Origin: a virus
Taxonomy: Duplodnaviria > Caudoviricetes
DNA: 64,000 nucleotides
Direction: 5' to 3' (one strand)
IMG/VR virus record: IMGVR_UViG_2706794555_000001
Location: 1-64,000 of that record
Position 1 is the stretch's first letter. Every line of letters begins with the position of its first letter. This document shows positions 1-9,555 of the stretch, piece after piece. Both the position numbers and the translations under genes were made by a program. A model generated the notes under the pieces. The model had not been told where the DNA came from and made no database searches. It saw only the letters and a program-made list of their open reading frames with translations.

Positions 1-3
1 CTG

Positions 4-978
4 ATGCCGTGGGCACGACTTGATGACCGGTTCCCGTCGAACCGCAAAGTCCGGCCGATATCGGACTCCGCTTTCCGGCTCTACGTCTCGGCGATCTGCT
101 GGAGCTCCGAGAACCTCACCGACGGCGTCATTGCGGCCGGGGAACTCCGCATGGTCTCCGACGTCCGCAACCCGCAGGCGCGTGCCGTGGAACTGGTCAA
201 GTGCGGCCTGTGGGAGGAGATCGCCGGCGTCGGCTGGCGCATCCACGACTACCACGACTACAACCCGACCCGGGACCAGGTGCGCTCGGCGAGGGACTCG
301 AACGCGGCCCGGCAGCAGGCGTTCCGCGACCGCCGGAAGAGCGCCGCGAAAGGCGACCGTAACGCCGTTACGAATCGCGGCCCGGAACGCGAAACCGACG
401 CGAACGCGACGCGAAACGAACATCAACAAGACTTCTACGCGACGGTAACCAACGGTGAAGACGACACATCACCGCAGGTCGCAGCAATTCGTAACGCCGT
501 TAGTAACACTGCCCCGTCCCGTCCCGTCCCGTCCCCAACCACTAATGGTCCCCAGAGAGAGAGTCCTGAACGTAGTACCGGGGCCCAGCCACAGGCGCTC
601 TCACTGATCAACTCCGCCTGGCAACCAAGCCCCGACGACATCCGCACCGCCCAACAAGCCCGCACCGCCGACGGACGCCCCGTCCTCACCGGCCAGCAAC
701 TCGCCGACATGACCCGCCGCTTCGTACGCCGCATGACCAGCGACCAGCGCACCGCCCTCCCCGACGCCTGGGGCGCCCGCTGGCAGGACTGGGCCGAACG
801 CGAACGCCCCGAACCCACCGGCCAGGCCTCCCTCCTCGTCGGCCTACCCGGCGGCAAAGGCCCGCTCTGGCCCCACGAACAGCAGGCAGCCAGCCCCGCC
901 ACACCACTGCCGCCACCCGTCAGCGACCGCCTCGCCCAAATCGAGGCCGCCATCGCCGCCGACGCCGATACCGGTTGA
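4..978 (+). CDS. Phage replication initiator-like protein (Rep 1)
   Basis: N-terminus MPWARLDDRF..NRKV..SDSAFRLY..ICWSSENLTDG and IHDYHDYN typical of actinophage initiators; internal iteron-like repeats; PSRPVPSP linker. Confidence 0.75.
   Translation: MPWARLDDRFPSNRKVRPISDSAFRLYVSAICWSSENLTDGVIAAGELRMVSDVRNPQARAVELVKCGLWEEIAGVGWRIHDYHDYNPTRDQVRSARDSNAARQQAFRDRRKSAAKGDRNAVTNRGPERETDANATRNEHQQDFYATVTNGEDDTSPQVAAIRNAVSNTAPSRPVPSPTTNGPQRESPERSTGAQPQALSLINSAWQPSPDDIRTAQQARTADGRPVLTGQQLADMTRRFVRRMTSDQRTALPDAWGARWQDWAERERPEPTGQASLLVGLPGGKGPLWPHEQQAASPATPLPPPVSDRLAQIEAAIAADADTG
358..507. repeat. Candidate origin iterons in Rep 1 (CGTAACGCCGTTA twice)
   Basis: Palindrome CGTAACG-C-CGTTACG at 358-372, second copy at 490-502, within a locally AT-richer stretch. 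Confidence 0.6.
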
Positions 979-1075
979 GCCCGCAGTCCAACCGGTCCAG
1001 CCGTAGCCCGCTGTCCAGTTGCCGCTTTTGCCCATCCGCCGTCCCCCGACAGTTGCCGCATCCGAACGGAGCAGC

Positions 1076-1462
1076 ATGCCCGCCACCATCACCGCCGCCG
1101 AGTTGAACGTCCGACGCGTCCTGACCCGCCACGCCATCAGCGAGCACTGGCCTGTCACTCCGCAACTGCTGCACCGGATCTCGAAGCTTGCCGCTGCCGC
1201 CGCCATCGCGCCGAGGCCAGCGGATCCGCCTCGGGGGCCGGAGGGTGGTCGGCGCCGGTCGAAGACGCCGCCGGCCGCGAAGGGCAGCGCTGCCGTACCG
1301 GCGCCCGTGAAGGGCACCGTCCCGGTTCCGCCGGCGGCGATGCTCCAGGTGGAGTGCACGCGCTGCGGGGCGTCGGTGAACGAGCGCTGCCGTAACGACT
1401 ACGGGGTGCGGGCGAAGGATTTTCACCGTGCTCGTCGGACGGCTGCGGAGGCTCTGGCGTGA
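1076..1462 (+). CDS. Zinc-finger domain protein
   Basis: C-terminal VECTRCGA....RC...DFHRAR; GGAG RBS. Confidence 0.65.
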   Translation: MPATITAAELNVRRVLTRHAISEHWPVTPQLLHRISKLAAAAAIAPRPADPPRGPEGGRRRSKTPPAAKGSAAVPAPVKGTVPVPPAAMLQVECTRCGASVNERCRNDYGVRAKDFHRARRTAAEALA

Positions 1463-2058
1463 ATGCCCCCGCCCCGGCGCGCTCTGGCGCCGCCACAGCC
1501 CCCTCAGGCGCTCGTCGCCCCTCCGGTCCGGCGATAGCCCCGCAGGCCGCCACGGGGCCGCCTGAGACCTCTGAGCGCCCCTCTGGCGCCTGGGTCCTCG
1601 TCACCGGCTCGCGTGCCTTCAAGGCCAAGGTGCACCGCGACGTCCTCGACGCCGCCCTCACCCAAGCCTGGGACGAAGCCCGCCACTTCGGCCGCCAACG
1701 CCTGACGATCATTCACGGCACCGCGCCCGGAGCCGACACGCTCGCCGCCAAGTGGGCACTCCAGCACCCCGGCGTGTTCGAAATCGGACACCCCGCCGAC
1801 TGGAACGGGCCCTGCGGACCCAACTGCAAACCCGGCCACCGCAAACCCGGACGCGGCGGCGCCGACTACTGCCCGCAGGCCGGCGCCTACCGCAACCAGC
1901 TCATGGTCAACACCGTGCTGCGCCTGGACGAGCCACGGATCTGCCTGGCGTTCTTCGCCTCGGCGACGGAGGACTCGGCTGGGACCGCGGACTGTCTGCG
2001 CCGGGCCCGGCTCGCTGGCCTGCCGTGGCGGGCTTACGACCCGAGGGGGCCGCGGTGA
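1459..2058 (+). CDS. SLOG family (YspA/DUF2493-like) protein
   Basis: VLVTGSR, IIHGTAPGADTLA, AGAYRNQLMV and GTADC motifs. Confidence 0.8.
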   Translation: MNAPAPARSGAATAPSGARRPSGPAIAPQAATGPPETSERPSGAWVLVTGSRAFKAKVHRDVLDAALTQAWDEARHFGRQRLTIIHGTAPGADTLAAKWALQHPGVFEIGHPADWNGPCGPNCKPGHRKPGRGGADYCPQAGAYRNQLMVNTVLRLDEPRICLAFFASATEDSAGTADCLRRARLAGLPWRAYDPRGPR

Positions 2059-2156
2059 GCGCCCCGCTGAACCTGACCGGTCGCCGCAGGATCAGCGCGC
2101 GTCGGCATGCCACGGGGCCGGTCCGCGGTGGCGGCCGGCTGGAGGCGGGGGCGGGG

Positions 2157-2438
2157 CTAGTCGACCTGGGTGCGTGTGCTGCTCGCGGTCGGCTCGGCGG
2201 GGATCGGGTCGCTGTCGCCGGACGCTGCTCGGCGACCGTCCACCTCGTCGGCGATCTTGCGCGCCCATTCGCGGCTGTAGGGCACGTGCTTCTCGATGGT
2301 GGTCAGCGGGACGCCGGCTGCACGCGCGTCGGCGACAAGCTCGTCGAGCGCGGTCCTCGTGCTGGCGTGAGCTGCGGCGGCGCGGTCGAGCCTGCGGAGC
2401 CAGGCGGCCATTTCCTTGGGCGGGGGCTTCGGCGTCAT
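2157..2438 (-). CDS. Small HTH-type regulator, antisense to the early operon
   Basis: LVADARAAGVPLTTIEKHVPYSREWARKI HTH-like; divergent from 2583 across operator repeats. Confidence 0.65.
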   Translation of the reverse strand: MTPKPPPKEMAAWLRRLDRAAAAHASTRTALDELVADARAAGVPLTTIEKHVPYSREWARKIADEVDGRRAASGDSDPIPAEPTASSTRTQVD

Positions 2439-2462
2439 GGGTGGAATGGTCTCATGGCGGAC

Positions 2463-2567
2463 TGCCAACTGACTAGGCAGTCTTTGTCCATGATTTATTG
2501 CCAACTTTGTTGCGATCAAGAGAGCAGGTCTGCCACTATCGAAGTGCCAAGAAAGTTGGCACTTCGA
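2463..2567. promoter_or_regulatory. Three operator-like palindromes, consensus TGCCAA-N5-TTGGCA
   Basis: TGCCAActgacTAGGCA (2463), TGCCAActttgTTGCGA (2499) and perfect TCGAAGTGCCAA-gaaag-TTGGCACTTCGA (2539-2567) in an AT-rich divergent intergenic region. Confidence 0.75.
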
Positions 2568-2582
2568 ACTCAGGGGGACCCG

Positions 2583-2927
2583 ATGATCGCCAGCAGCCGC
2601 GAAGCCCGCCGGATCGTGAGGGCCCGCTCCACCCAGACCCACCTGACAGCCTCCCTGAACCGCGGCCGATCCCTCGCCACCCACGCCCTCGCCGCCGGAG
2701 TCGACAAGAAGGACGTGACCGGCTTCGTCAACGGCCTGCGGACCGTCGCCAAGCGCCTCCACGTCCAGCCCGTCCGGATCACCCGCACCAACCGCACCAT
2801 CGCCGGACGCGACGGCCACTCCCACCGGGTCCAGCACTTCACCACCGCGCAGGTCCAGCTGCTCGTCAGCGCCTACAAGCCCCGCAAGGCGGCCTACATC
2901 GCCGCAGCCCACGCACTCGCCGCCTAG
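2583..2927 (+). CDS. Hypothetical basic protein
   Basis: AGGGGG RBS, high GC3 codon use. Confidence 0.7.
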   Translation: MIASSREARRIVRARSTQTHLTASLNRGRSLATHALAAGVDKKDVTGFVNGLRTVAKRLHVQPVRITRTNRTIAGRDGHSHRVQHFTTAQVQLLVSAYKPRKAAYIAAAHALAA

Positions 2928-2938
2928 GAGCCACCGCC

Positions 2939-3232
2939 ATGACCGAGGACGAAGCCCGAGCGATGGTCGAGCAGCACCTCGCCGACCAGGCCCGGCAGCA
3001 GCGCGAGCGCACGGAGGCCGCCAAGTCCGGGCCTGTCCACATCCGCAAGAAGATCGCCCGCAAGCGCGGCGACGGCTTTTACCGAGTGCAGTACAGCGCC
3101 AGCGAGAACGGCTCCCAGACCCTGTGCGGCGCGCCCGCTGGCAACGACAGGACCTGGGCCGAGACCCGCTTCGCGAAGCACCTGGCCACCGTCACCTGCG
3201 ACACCTGCAAGCAGATCCGCACCACCGCCTAG
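2939..3232 (+). CDS. Hypothetical protein (C-terminal CxxC)
   Basis: AGGAG RBS, high GC3. Confidence 0.7.
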   Translation: MTEDEARAMVEQHLADQARQQRERTEAAKSGPVHIRKKIARKRGDGFYRVQYSASENGSQTLCGAPAGNDRTWAETRFAKHLATVTCDTCKQIRTTA

Positions 3233-3262
3233 CCACCGCCCACCCTCCCGAAGGAGCTCCAC

Positions 3263-3460
3263 ATGCTGCCCACCTGGTCTGAACTCAGCCCCGAAGCCCG
3301 CGCCGAGGTAGAGCCGCTGATCGGCGACACCACGGTCGCCCGATTCGGCCTCTACCACGCCCGACAGTCCGCCATCGGCCAGTGGGCCAGGCAGAGCCAG
3401 GACCGCACCGCCCGCATCATGCGCGGCACGCCCAGCGCCGCCGACCGCCCCGCCGTCTGA
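3263..3460 (+). CDS. Hypothetical protein
   Basis: AAGGAG RBS. Confidence 0.65.
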   Translation: MLPTWSELSPEARAEVEPLIGDTTVARFGLYHARQSAIGQWARQSQDRTARIMRGTPSAADRPAV

Positions 3461-3553
3461 GTACCGCCCGGGTGCGCGACCTCCCCGCGTGCACCCTGCG
3501 AGGCACCCAGCCAACCGACCCGACCGAACCGCTGACCGACCGGAGAACACGCC

Positions 3554-4465
3554 ATGACCACGCTCACCGCCGTTGACAGAGTCGCTCAACTCCGCAAGCA
3601 GTACGCCATCCAGGGCGAGCCCCTCGATGCCCTGTCCGACCTTGACGTCCTCAACCGGTACGCCGTGGACTGCGAGCGGGAGCGCATCGCCATCAACGAC
3701 CGGTACATGAGCGTCCTCGTCGAACAGCGCAAGCACGGCGACGCCGTGAGGACCGCGGAACGCATCGACCTCGCCCGACGCGCCGACGCCTACGCCCGCG
3801 CCGCGGTGGACCGCTGGATCACCGACCTCACCCGAATCCTGCGCGCAGTCGAGGTACTGCCCGATTGCCCCAAGCCGGAGCGCGTCGCCCTGGTCAAGCA
3901 GATCGCCACAGACACCCGCCACATGATCAGCCTGCGGTCCGGCGCGCGATCTGACAGCGGATTCGACCGCATCGCGGAAGCCGACCGGCTCGCCCTTCAT
4001 AACGTCCGCAGCGTCGTTGGCGTCCTCGGCGCGCAAGACGGCCTCCCCGTGGGCGAGGTGATCCGCATGCTGAAGGCGGCCCTGGATCCCGCGCAGAACA
4101 TCCGCGACCTGTTCATGGTCGCCGACACTGGAACGCCCAAAGCTGAACTGCGACCACAGCCGCCGCTCTTCCTCGGCGACGACTGGTCCGACCGCGTCAG
4201 CTTCTACGCCTATGAGCCCGACGCCGGCACCCGCGGCCGTGTCGTGGCCTACGCCATCGGCGACCAGTGGCACCTCGACGTACAGACATCCACCGGCGGG
4301 CTCGTCGCCTACGGCATCGCCGCGGAACAGGACGTAGCCGCCATGGCACCCCTCCTGGTCGGCCGGGCGCAGGCGTGGGCCAAGGAGCCCGGCTACGCGT
4401 GGCGCCGGTTCCAAGACGCCACCAAGGGCATGGCCACCGACAACCCTGCCGGGGCCGCCGAGTGA
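3554..4465 (+). CDS. Hypothetical protein
   Basis: GGAG RBS; 303-aa ORF coupled to next gene. Confidence 0.7.
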   Translation: MTTLTAVDRVAQLRKQYAIQGEPLDALSDLDVLNRYAVDCERERIAINDRYMSVLVEQRKHGDAVRTAERIDLARRADAYARAAVDRWITDLTRILRAVEVLPDCPKPERVALVKQIATDTRHMISLRSGARSDSGFDRIAEADRLALHNVRSVVGVLGAQDGLPVGEVIRMLKAALDPAQNIRDLFMVADTGTPKAELRPQPPLFLGDDWSDRVSFYAYEPDAGTRGRVVAYAIGDQWHLDVQTSTGGLVAYGIAAEQDVAAMAPLLVGRAQAWAKEPGYAWRRFQDATKGMATDNPAGAAE

Positions 4466-5109
4466 ACCCCACCCGCGAGTCCCTGTGGCACGGCTTCTCC
4501 ATGGACGACCTCGACCGGCTCGCCCGCATCGCCACCCTCCGGGCGTTCGGCGGCCGGAACCTGGACCTCGTCGACCGCTACGAGACCGCCTGGGATGCCA
4601 TCGCCGTAGCCCTCGCCACAGCCGACGAAGCCCCCGCCGGCGGCCTCCTGGTCGTCATCGGTGCCCGCGCCGTCGACCGTGCCGCGCAGGACCACCAGCA
4701 CACCTGGGGCAAGGCCCGCACGTGGGGCTCCGCCGAGGGCGACATCGCCGCCTACCAGCGGTACTGGGAACTCGCCCGCCGTAGTGCTGCATCGCCTGAG
4801 GATGCGGTTGTGGACCGCACGGCGCTGCGCCAGATCTGGCCGCGACTGTCGGTCACTCACCAGCAGGTGCTGTATGCGCTGGCGGTCCACGACGGCGACC
4901 ACGCGGAGGCCGCGGCGACCCTCGGGAAGACGCTGGGCACGTTCCGGACCCACTTGAAGGACGCGCGCGCCGCCTACCGGGTGCTGTGGCACGAGCACGA
5001 GACGCCGTCCCGCATGTGGGGCAAGTCCGGCCAGCGCGGGCGCCGGACGGCTGCGCAGACCATCGCCAACCGCCGTCAGCAGCGCGCCCGCCGGGCCGCT
5101 GCAGCCTGA
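4462..5109 (+). CDS. Sigma-70/ECF-like protein with region-4 HTH
   Basis: SPEDAVVDRTALRQIWPRLS..HQQVL...AEAAATLGKTLGTFRTHLKDAR resembles sigma region 4; GTGA coupling. Confidence 0.65.
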   Translation: MNPTRESLWHGFSMDDLDRLARIATLRAFGGRNLDLVDRYETAWDAIAVALATADEAPAGGLLVVIGARAVDRAAQDHQHTWGKARTWGSAEGDIAAYQRYWELARRSAASPEDAVVDRTALRQIWPRLSVTHQQVLYALAVHDGDHAEAAATLGKTLGTFRTHLKDARAAYRVLWHEHETPSRMWGKSGQRGRRTAAQTIANRRQQRARRAAAA

Positions 5110-5151
5110 CCTCGCCTGGCCGCCCCGGCGGCCACCCCACCAGGAGACACC

Positions 5152-5553
5152 GTGACCGAGCCCACCGCACCCGCCCTGTTCCTCCCGAAGCCCAGCACGC
5201 CCGTCGACCCCGACTTCCGCGAGACGCTCCAGGGCGGCCATGCCCTGGTCCTGGAGCACGCCCCCGGGCATGCGCTGGTGATCGAGTACGGGGACTGCGA
5301 GTTCTGGTTCTCGTGCCAGTGCAGCCATCGCCTGCCCATGCCCTCCCGCCCGAGCGCGTCCTTCGTCGCGCCCATGGAGCGGCTGATCGGACACACCCCG
5401 GACAGCGGGCACCCGCTGGTGCCGCACTGCCAGTGCGGTGAGCGCCTCGGCCGCCCGTTCCTGGCCGACGCCCTGAACGTGCACCTCGACCCGGCCCTGA
5501 CCCGCTGGGAGCAGCACTCGATGAGCCTCAGCACGACGGGAGTCCAGCGATGA
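5152..5553 (+). CDS. Hypothetical protein (two CQC motifs)
   Basis: AGGAG RBS, coupled ORF. Confidence 0.65.
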   Translation: MTEPTAPALFLPKPSTPVDPDFRETLQGGHALVLEHAPGHALVIEYGDCEFWFSCQCSHRLPMPSRPSASFVAPMERLIGHTPDSGHPLVPHCQCGERLGRPFLADALNVHLDPALTRWEQHSMSLSTTGVQR

Positions 5554-5918
5554 CCGAGCACCTGACCGATGAGCAGCTCGCAGCCGCAGCCCGGAAGGCC
5601 GCCGTCAGCATGGTCGGCGGACTCGCCCCCGGCTTGACCGGCCTGAACATCGCCGCCGAGATCGCCGAGAAGGTCACCGCGCCCTACGCCGCCGAGATCA
5701 CCCGCTTGCGCGCCGCCCTGGCCGAGTACACGCATCCCGTCGCGACCTGCTCCAACTGCCACCACCTCGCCCCGTGGCACGTCGGCAGCCTCGGCAAGAC
5801 CGAGCGCCCCTGCACTCAGCACGCATGCGGCTGCACCGACCTCGCCACCGCGCCCGCCGCCGCCCCGTGCGCCTGCACCACGGAGCCCGTCCACCAGCAC
5901 GGCTGCCCGCGCTTCTGA
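5550..5918 (+). CDS. Hypothetical Cys/His-rich protein
   Basis: ATGA overlap, CxxC motifs. Confidence 0.65.
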   Translation: MTEHLTDEQLAAAARKAAVSMVGGLAPGLTGLNIAAEIAEKVTAPYAAEITRLRAALAEYTHPVATCSNCHHLAPWHVGSLGKTERPCTQHACGCTDLATAPAAAPCACTTEPVHQHGCPRF

Positions 5919-5959
5919 CCCCGGCGCGGACCGCGCCCACCGACCACCTGAGGAGCACC

Positions 5960-7573
5960 GTGAACCACACCACCGCCGAGCCGACCGGCGTCACCATCGA
6001 TCTCTTCGCCGGTCCCGGCGGCTGGTCCGAGGGCATCCGCCGCCACCTCGGGATCACCGACATCGGCATCGAGTGGGACCGCTCCGCATGCCTCACCCGC
6101 CATGCCGCCGGCCACCTCACCATCCAGGCCGACGTCGCCACCTACCCGACCCGGCACATGGCCCACCTCCTGCGCGGCCTGATCGCCTCACCGCCCTGCA
6201 CCCTGTTCTCCTCCGCAGGCAAGGGCACCGGGCGCCGCGTCATCGACCTCCTCGCCGACGGCATCCGCCGGTTGTTCCGCGGCGACGACTGCCGTGGCGA
6301 AGTCATCGCCGCGATCCACCCCGTCGCCCTGGCCGAACTCCGCGAAGCCAACGCCAAGAAGGCACCCGAGAAGCAGCGCACCGACACCCAGCTGGAAGCC
6401 GCAGCCGGCACGGACGCCGCCTGCGCCGCCCTGGTGATGGAGCCCGCCCGCTGGATAGCCGAACTCCTCGCCGCCGACGGGATCCTGGAATGGGTCGCCC
6501 TGGAGCAGGTCCCCGCCGTCCAACCGCTGTGGGATGTCTACGCCGAGGAACTCCGCCGCCTGGGCTGGTCCGCCTGGACCGGGAAGCTCAACTCCGCCGA
6601 CTACGGCGTCCCGCAGACCCGCACCCGCGCGATCCTCATCGCCTCCCGCACCCGGACCGTCCAGCCGCCAGCCGCCACGCACTACGACCCCCGGCGCGAG
6701 AACGCCCTCGCCGACATCGGCCAGGACTCCCTGTTCGCGCCCGAGCTGCCCCGCTGGGTGTCCATGGCCCAGGCCCTCGGCTGGGCCGCCGAGCAGACCG
6801 TCAACACCCGCGGCGACCGCAAGACGTCCGGAGGCAACGAGTTCTCCGCCGACCGGCCGTCGTGGGCGCTGACCGAGAAGACCCGCTCCTGGATCCTGCA
6901 CACCAACCGTGGCCACTTCCGGGCCGACGGCGAACGCCAGTTGGTGAACCCGGAGTCCCAGCCCGCGCCCACGGTGACCACGAAGACCGGCGAGCAGTGG
7001 ACGCTGCGCAACGGCAACCAGCCCCGGGCCGCTGTTCGTGAGGCTGACGAGCCCGCCCCGACGATGACGTTCGGCAACAATGCGGCCCGCGTCGAGTGGG
7101 TGCTGCGGAACAACACCAACGCCAACGCCTGCGTCCGGGCGATGGACGAGCCCGCAGGCACCCTGTTCTTCGGGCATCGGGGCAACGACGTGTCCTGGGT
7201 GCTGCGCTCCGGTCAGTCCGTCGCCGGCGAAGGTCGAGCCGAGCGCAGCCAGGACGAGCCGGCCGTGACCATCACCGGTCGCGCGGATCTGTGCGCCTGG
7301 ACGCAGGAGCGGCCGGCGACCACGGTCTGCGCCACGAACCGCATCGCCCCACCCGGCCACCGTGACCGCGACCCGGGCGGCGAGTCCCAGTTCGCCAGCC
7401 CGGAGACGGTCCGCATCACCGTCCAGGAGGCCGCTGTCCCGCAGTCCTTCCCTGGCGACTACCCGTGGCAGGGGACCCGCACGAAGCAGTTTGAGCAGGT
7501 TGGGAACGCCGTCCCGCCGCTGCTCGCCGCCCATGTCGCGTCTGCCGCGTCCGGCATCCCCATGCCCGCCTGA
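5960..7573 (+). CDS. Orphan DNA (cytosine-5)-methyltransferase
   Basis: Motif I DLFAGPGG, motif IV SPPC, motif VI LEQV, motif VIII YGVPQTRTR, motif X QVGNAVPP; GAGGAG RBS. Confidence 0.93.
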   Translation: MNHTTAEPTGVTIDLFAGPGGWSEGIRRHLGITDIGIEWDRSACLTRHAAGHLTIQADVATYPTRHMAHLLRGLIASPPCTLFSSAGKGTGRRVIDLLADGIRRLFRGDDCRGEVIAAIHPVALAELREANAKKAPEKQRTDTQLEAAAGTDAACAALVMEPARWIAELLAADGILEWVALEQVPAVQPLWDVYAEELRRLGWSAWTGKLNSADYGVPQTRTRAILIASRTRTVQPPAATHYDPRRENALADIGQDSLFAPELPRWVSMAQALGWAAEQTVNTRGDRKTSGGNEFSADRPSWALTEKTRSWILHTNRGHFRADGERQLVNPESQPAPTVTTKTGEQWTLRNGNQPRAAVREADEPAPTMTFGNNAARVEWVLRNNTNANACVRAMDEPAGTLFFGHRGNDVSWVLRSGQSVAGEGRAERSQDEPAVTITGRADLCAWTQERPATTVCATNRIAPPGHRDRDPGGESQFASPETVRITVQEAAVPQSFPGDYPWQGTRTKQFEQVGNAVPPLLAAHVASAASGIPMPA

Positions 7574-7599
7574 CCGCCGTCCCGACCTTGGAGCTGTCC

Positions 7600-7785
7600 G
7601 TGTCCGACACCCCCGACCGCGAGATCCGCCGGCGCGCCCATCAGCTGGTCGCCGCGGCCATCCGAGACGGCCTCAACATGTGGGAACTCGACCGCTACTA
7701 CCCGGACGCAGAGGACCAGGAACGCCTGGCCGTCCAGCTGGAGACCATCGCCCGCCGCCTGGAGAAGCTCGGCGAACCTGCCTGA
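7600..7785 (+). CDS. Hypothetical protein
   Basis: GGAG RBS, high GC3. Confidence 0.6.
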   Translation: MSDTPDREIRRRAHQLVAAAIRDGLNMWELDRYYPDAEDQERLAVQLETIARRLEKLGEPA

Positions 7786-7816
7786 CCCCACCCCCCATCG
7801 CGCCCGCTGCGGGCGC

Positions 7817-8344
7817 ATGAACCCCAAGGAGCCCGCTGTGCCCGAGCCCGCTGACTGGCCGTTCGGTACCGACGCCGACCGCGACGACCCGCTGACCGCC
7901 CTGCGCGTCGCCGTGACGTCGTCGCACCCGGACTGGTGCTACATCACCTCGTTCGACCGCGAGTCCCCGGTGCGCCCGACCGATGCCGAGGCCGCGATGC
8001 TCGGCTCGTTCAATGAGGAGTACATCGCCTACTGGTACAACGAGCGCTACAAGGCGAAGTTGGCCGAGCGTCTGCTCGATGTGGACGGCGGCGCGAACGG
8101 CGTCACGTTCATCAAGTACGGCGAGGACGACTGGGGCTATCGGCGGCGCACGTGGACGATGGGGCCGAGGTACGTGCCGCAGTCGCCCCGGTTCGCCGAC
8201 CGGCAGGTTGGGCCGCTGTCGCTGGCCGACCTGATGGGTCGCATCCACAACCACGGGGACGACAAGCCGTCGAAGCGGTGGACGGACTGGGTCGCCGCTC
8301 ACCCCGGCGTGTTCCCCGCCGTTGCCGCTGGGGCCGACCAGTGA
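7817..8344 (+). CDS. Hypothetical phage protein
   Basis: 175-aa ORF, high GC3. Confidence 0.7.
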   Translation: MNPKEPAVPEPADWPFGTDADRDDPLTALRVAVTSSHPDWCYITSFDRESPVRPTDAEAAMLGSFNEEYIAYWYNERYKAKLAERLLDVDGGANGVTFIKYGEDDWGYRRRTWTMGPRYVPQSPRFADRQVGPLSLADLMGRIHNHGDDKPSKRWTDWVAAHPGVFPAVAAGADQ

Positions 8345-8529
8345 CCGCCCGCGACTTCGGCCACGAGCCGCTGCTGATCAATGAGCAACGGTGTGGTGGC
8401 TGCGAGGTCTGCGGCGACACCGAGGAGCAGGAGATCTGCGTCCGTTGCACCGTGCATGCGCGACGCGCCGTCCGCTGGCCCTGCGCGACCGCCGTGGTGC
8501 TCGGGCTGGCCAGCAGGAGCGAACAGTGA
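8341..8529 (+). CDS. Small Cys-rich protein
   Basis: GTGA coupling; CxxC and WPCAT. Confidence 0.6.
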   Translation: MTARDFGHEPLLINEQRCGGCEVCGDTEEQEICVRCTVHARRAVRWPCATAVVLGLASRSEQ

Positions 8530-8759
8530 CCGCACGCGATGACCTGCGAGTCCCGTTCGCCCTCGCCGTGGCCATGGCCCACCAGCCGGTATCGATGGTC
8601 GACGAATGCCTCGACGAGTACGAGGCCGCGCATCGCGCCGAGGTGCTCAACGAGGCCGCCGACTGGCTGACGAAGAAGTACGGCGTGACCAACCGCGCCG
8701 CTGGAGACCTGCGCCGCATGGCCGCCGACCCCACCGCCCCGACCGAGAGCAAGGACTGA
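8526..8759 (+). CDS. Hypothetical protein
   Basis: GTGA coupling; RAEVLNEAAD...LRRMA segment common in actinophage small genes. Confidence 0.65.
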   Translation: MTARDDLRVPFALAVAMAHQPVSMVDECLDEYEAAHRAEVLNEAADWLTKKYGVTNRAAGDLRRMAADPTAPTESKD

Positions 8760-8761
8760 CC

Positions 8762-9226
8762 ATGACCGACCTGCCCACTCTCCGCGCCGCCGCCTACCGC
8801 TACCTCGACGCCGGCCACGACGGCACGACGCCGCGCCGCTGGCGGACCGTCATCACCGACAGCGAGTCCCTCACCGGCTACGGCCCCGTCTGTCCCGACC
8901 CGGGCCATCCCGGCATCCCCGACATCGGCATCGACCGCGACGAGACCGGGGTGTATGACTGCTGCCCGCCGATCACTGAGACGTACTCCGAGGGCGTTGC
9001 CACGTACATGGTGGAGCTACTCAACGCCGACGCGATTGCCGCCCTGGACGCCGACCGGATGCAGCGCTACGAGGCTGCCATCGCCGCGGTGGCCGTGCAG
9101 GCTGCCGAGTGGGCCCGGCTTACTCCTGCCGATCCCGTCCTGTCGGACGTTGGGCGGCAGATCCTGCACCTGCTCGCCGCGCCCGCCGCTGTTGTCGTCG
9201 CGCCGGTCGAGGACGGCGAGCAGTGA
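8762..9226 (+). CDS. Hypothetical protein
   Basis: AAGGA RBS. Confidence 0.65.
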   Translation: MTDLPTLRAAAYRYLDAGHDGTTPRRWRTVITDSESLTGYGPVCPDPGHPGIPDIGIDRDETGVYDCCPPITETYSEGVATYMVELLNADAIAALDADRMQRYEAAIAAVAVQAAEWARLTPADPVLSDVGRQILHLLAAPAAVVVAPVEDGEQ

Positions 9227-9555
9227 CCGGGGCGGAGGTGCCCGAGCCGCCTGAGGTGTTCGTCAGCGCCTCCCGCTTCACCGTGACGTGCATCCCGGCC
9301 GACAGTGCACCCGATGCCCACGTCTGGGCCCTGCACGTCGAGCAGAAGCGCGACGGGAAGTGGGTCGTCACCGACGGCTTCGGCTACCTCAATGGCGACC
9401 TGACCTTCGAGGACCGCCCGTACTTGCAGTGCCTGTTCGACCTGGATGCGGCTCTCGCGCTGGCGAAGGAGGCGGCGCCACTGATGATCATCAACGGGCG
9501 CACCGTCCCGCAGGCCCTGGCGCTCGCCGCCAAGTGGAAGGAAGACCATGCCTGA
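9223..9555 (+). CDS. Hypothetical protein
   Basis: GTGA coupling. Confidence 0.65.
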   Translation: MTGAEVPEPPEVFVSASRFTVTCIPADSAPDAHVWALHVEQKRDGKWVVTDGFGYLNGDLTFEDRPYLQCLFDLDAALALAKEAAPLMIINGRTVPQALALAAKWKEDHA

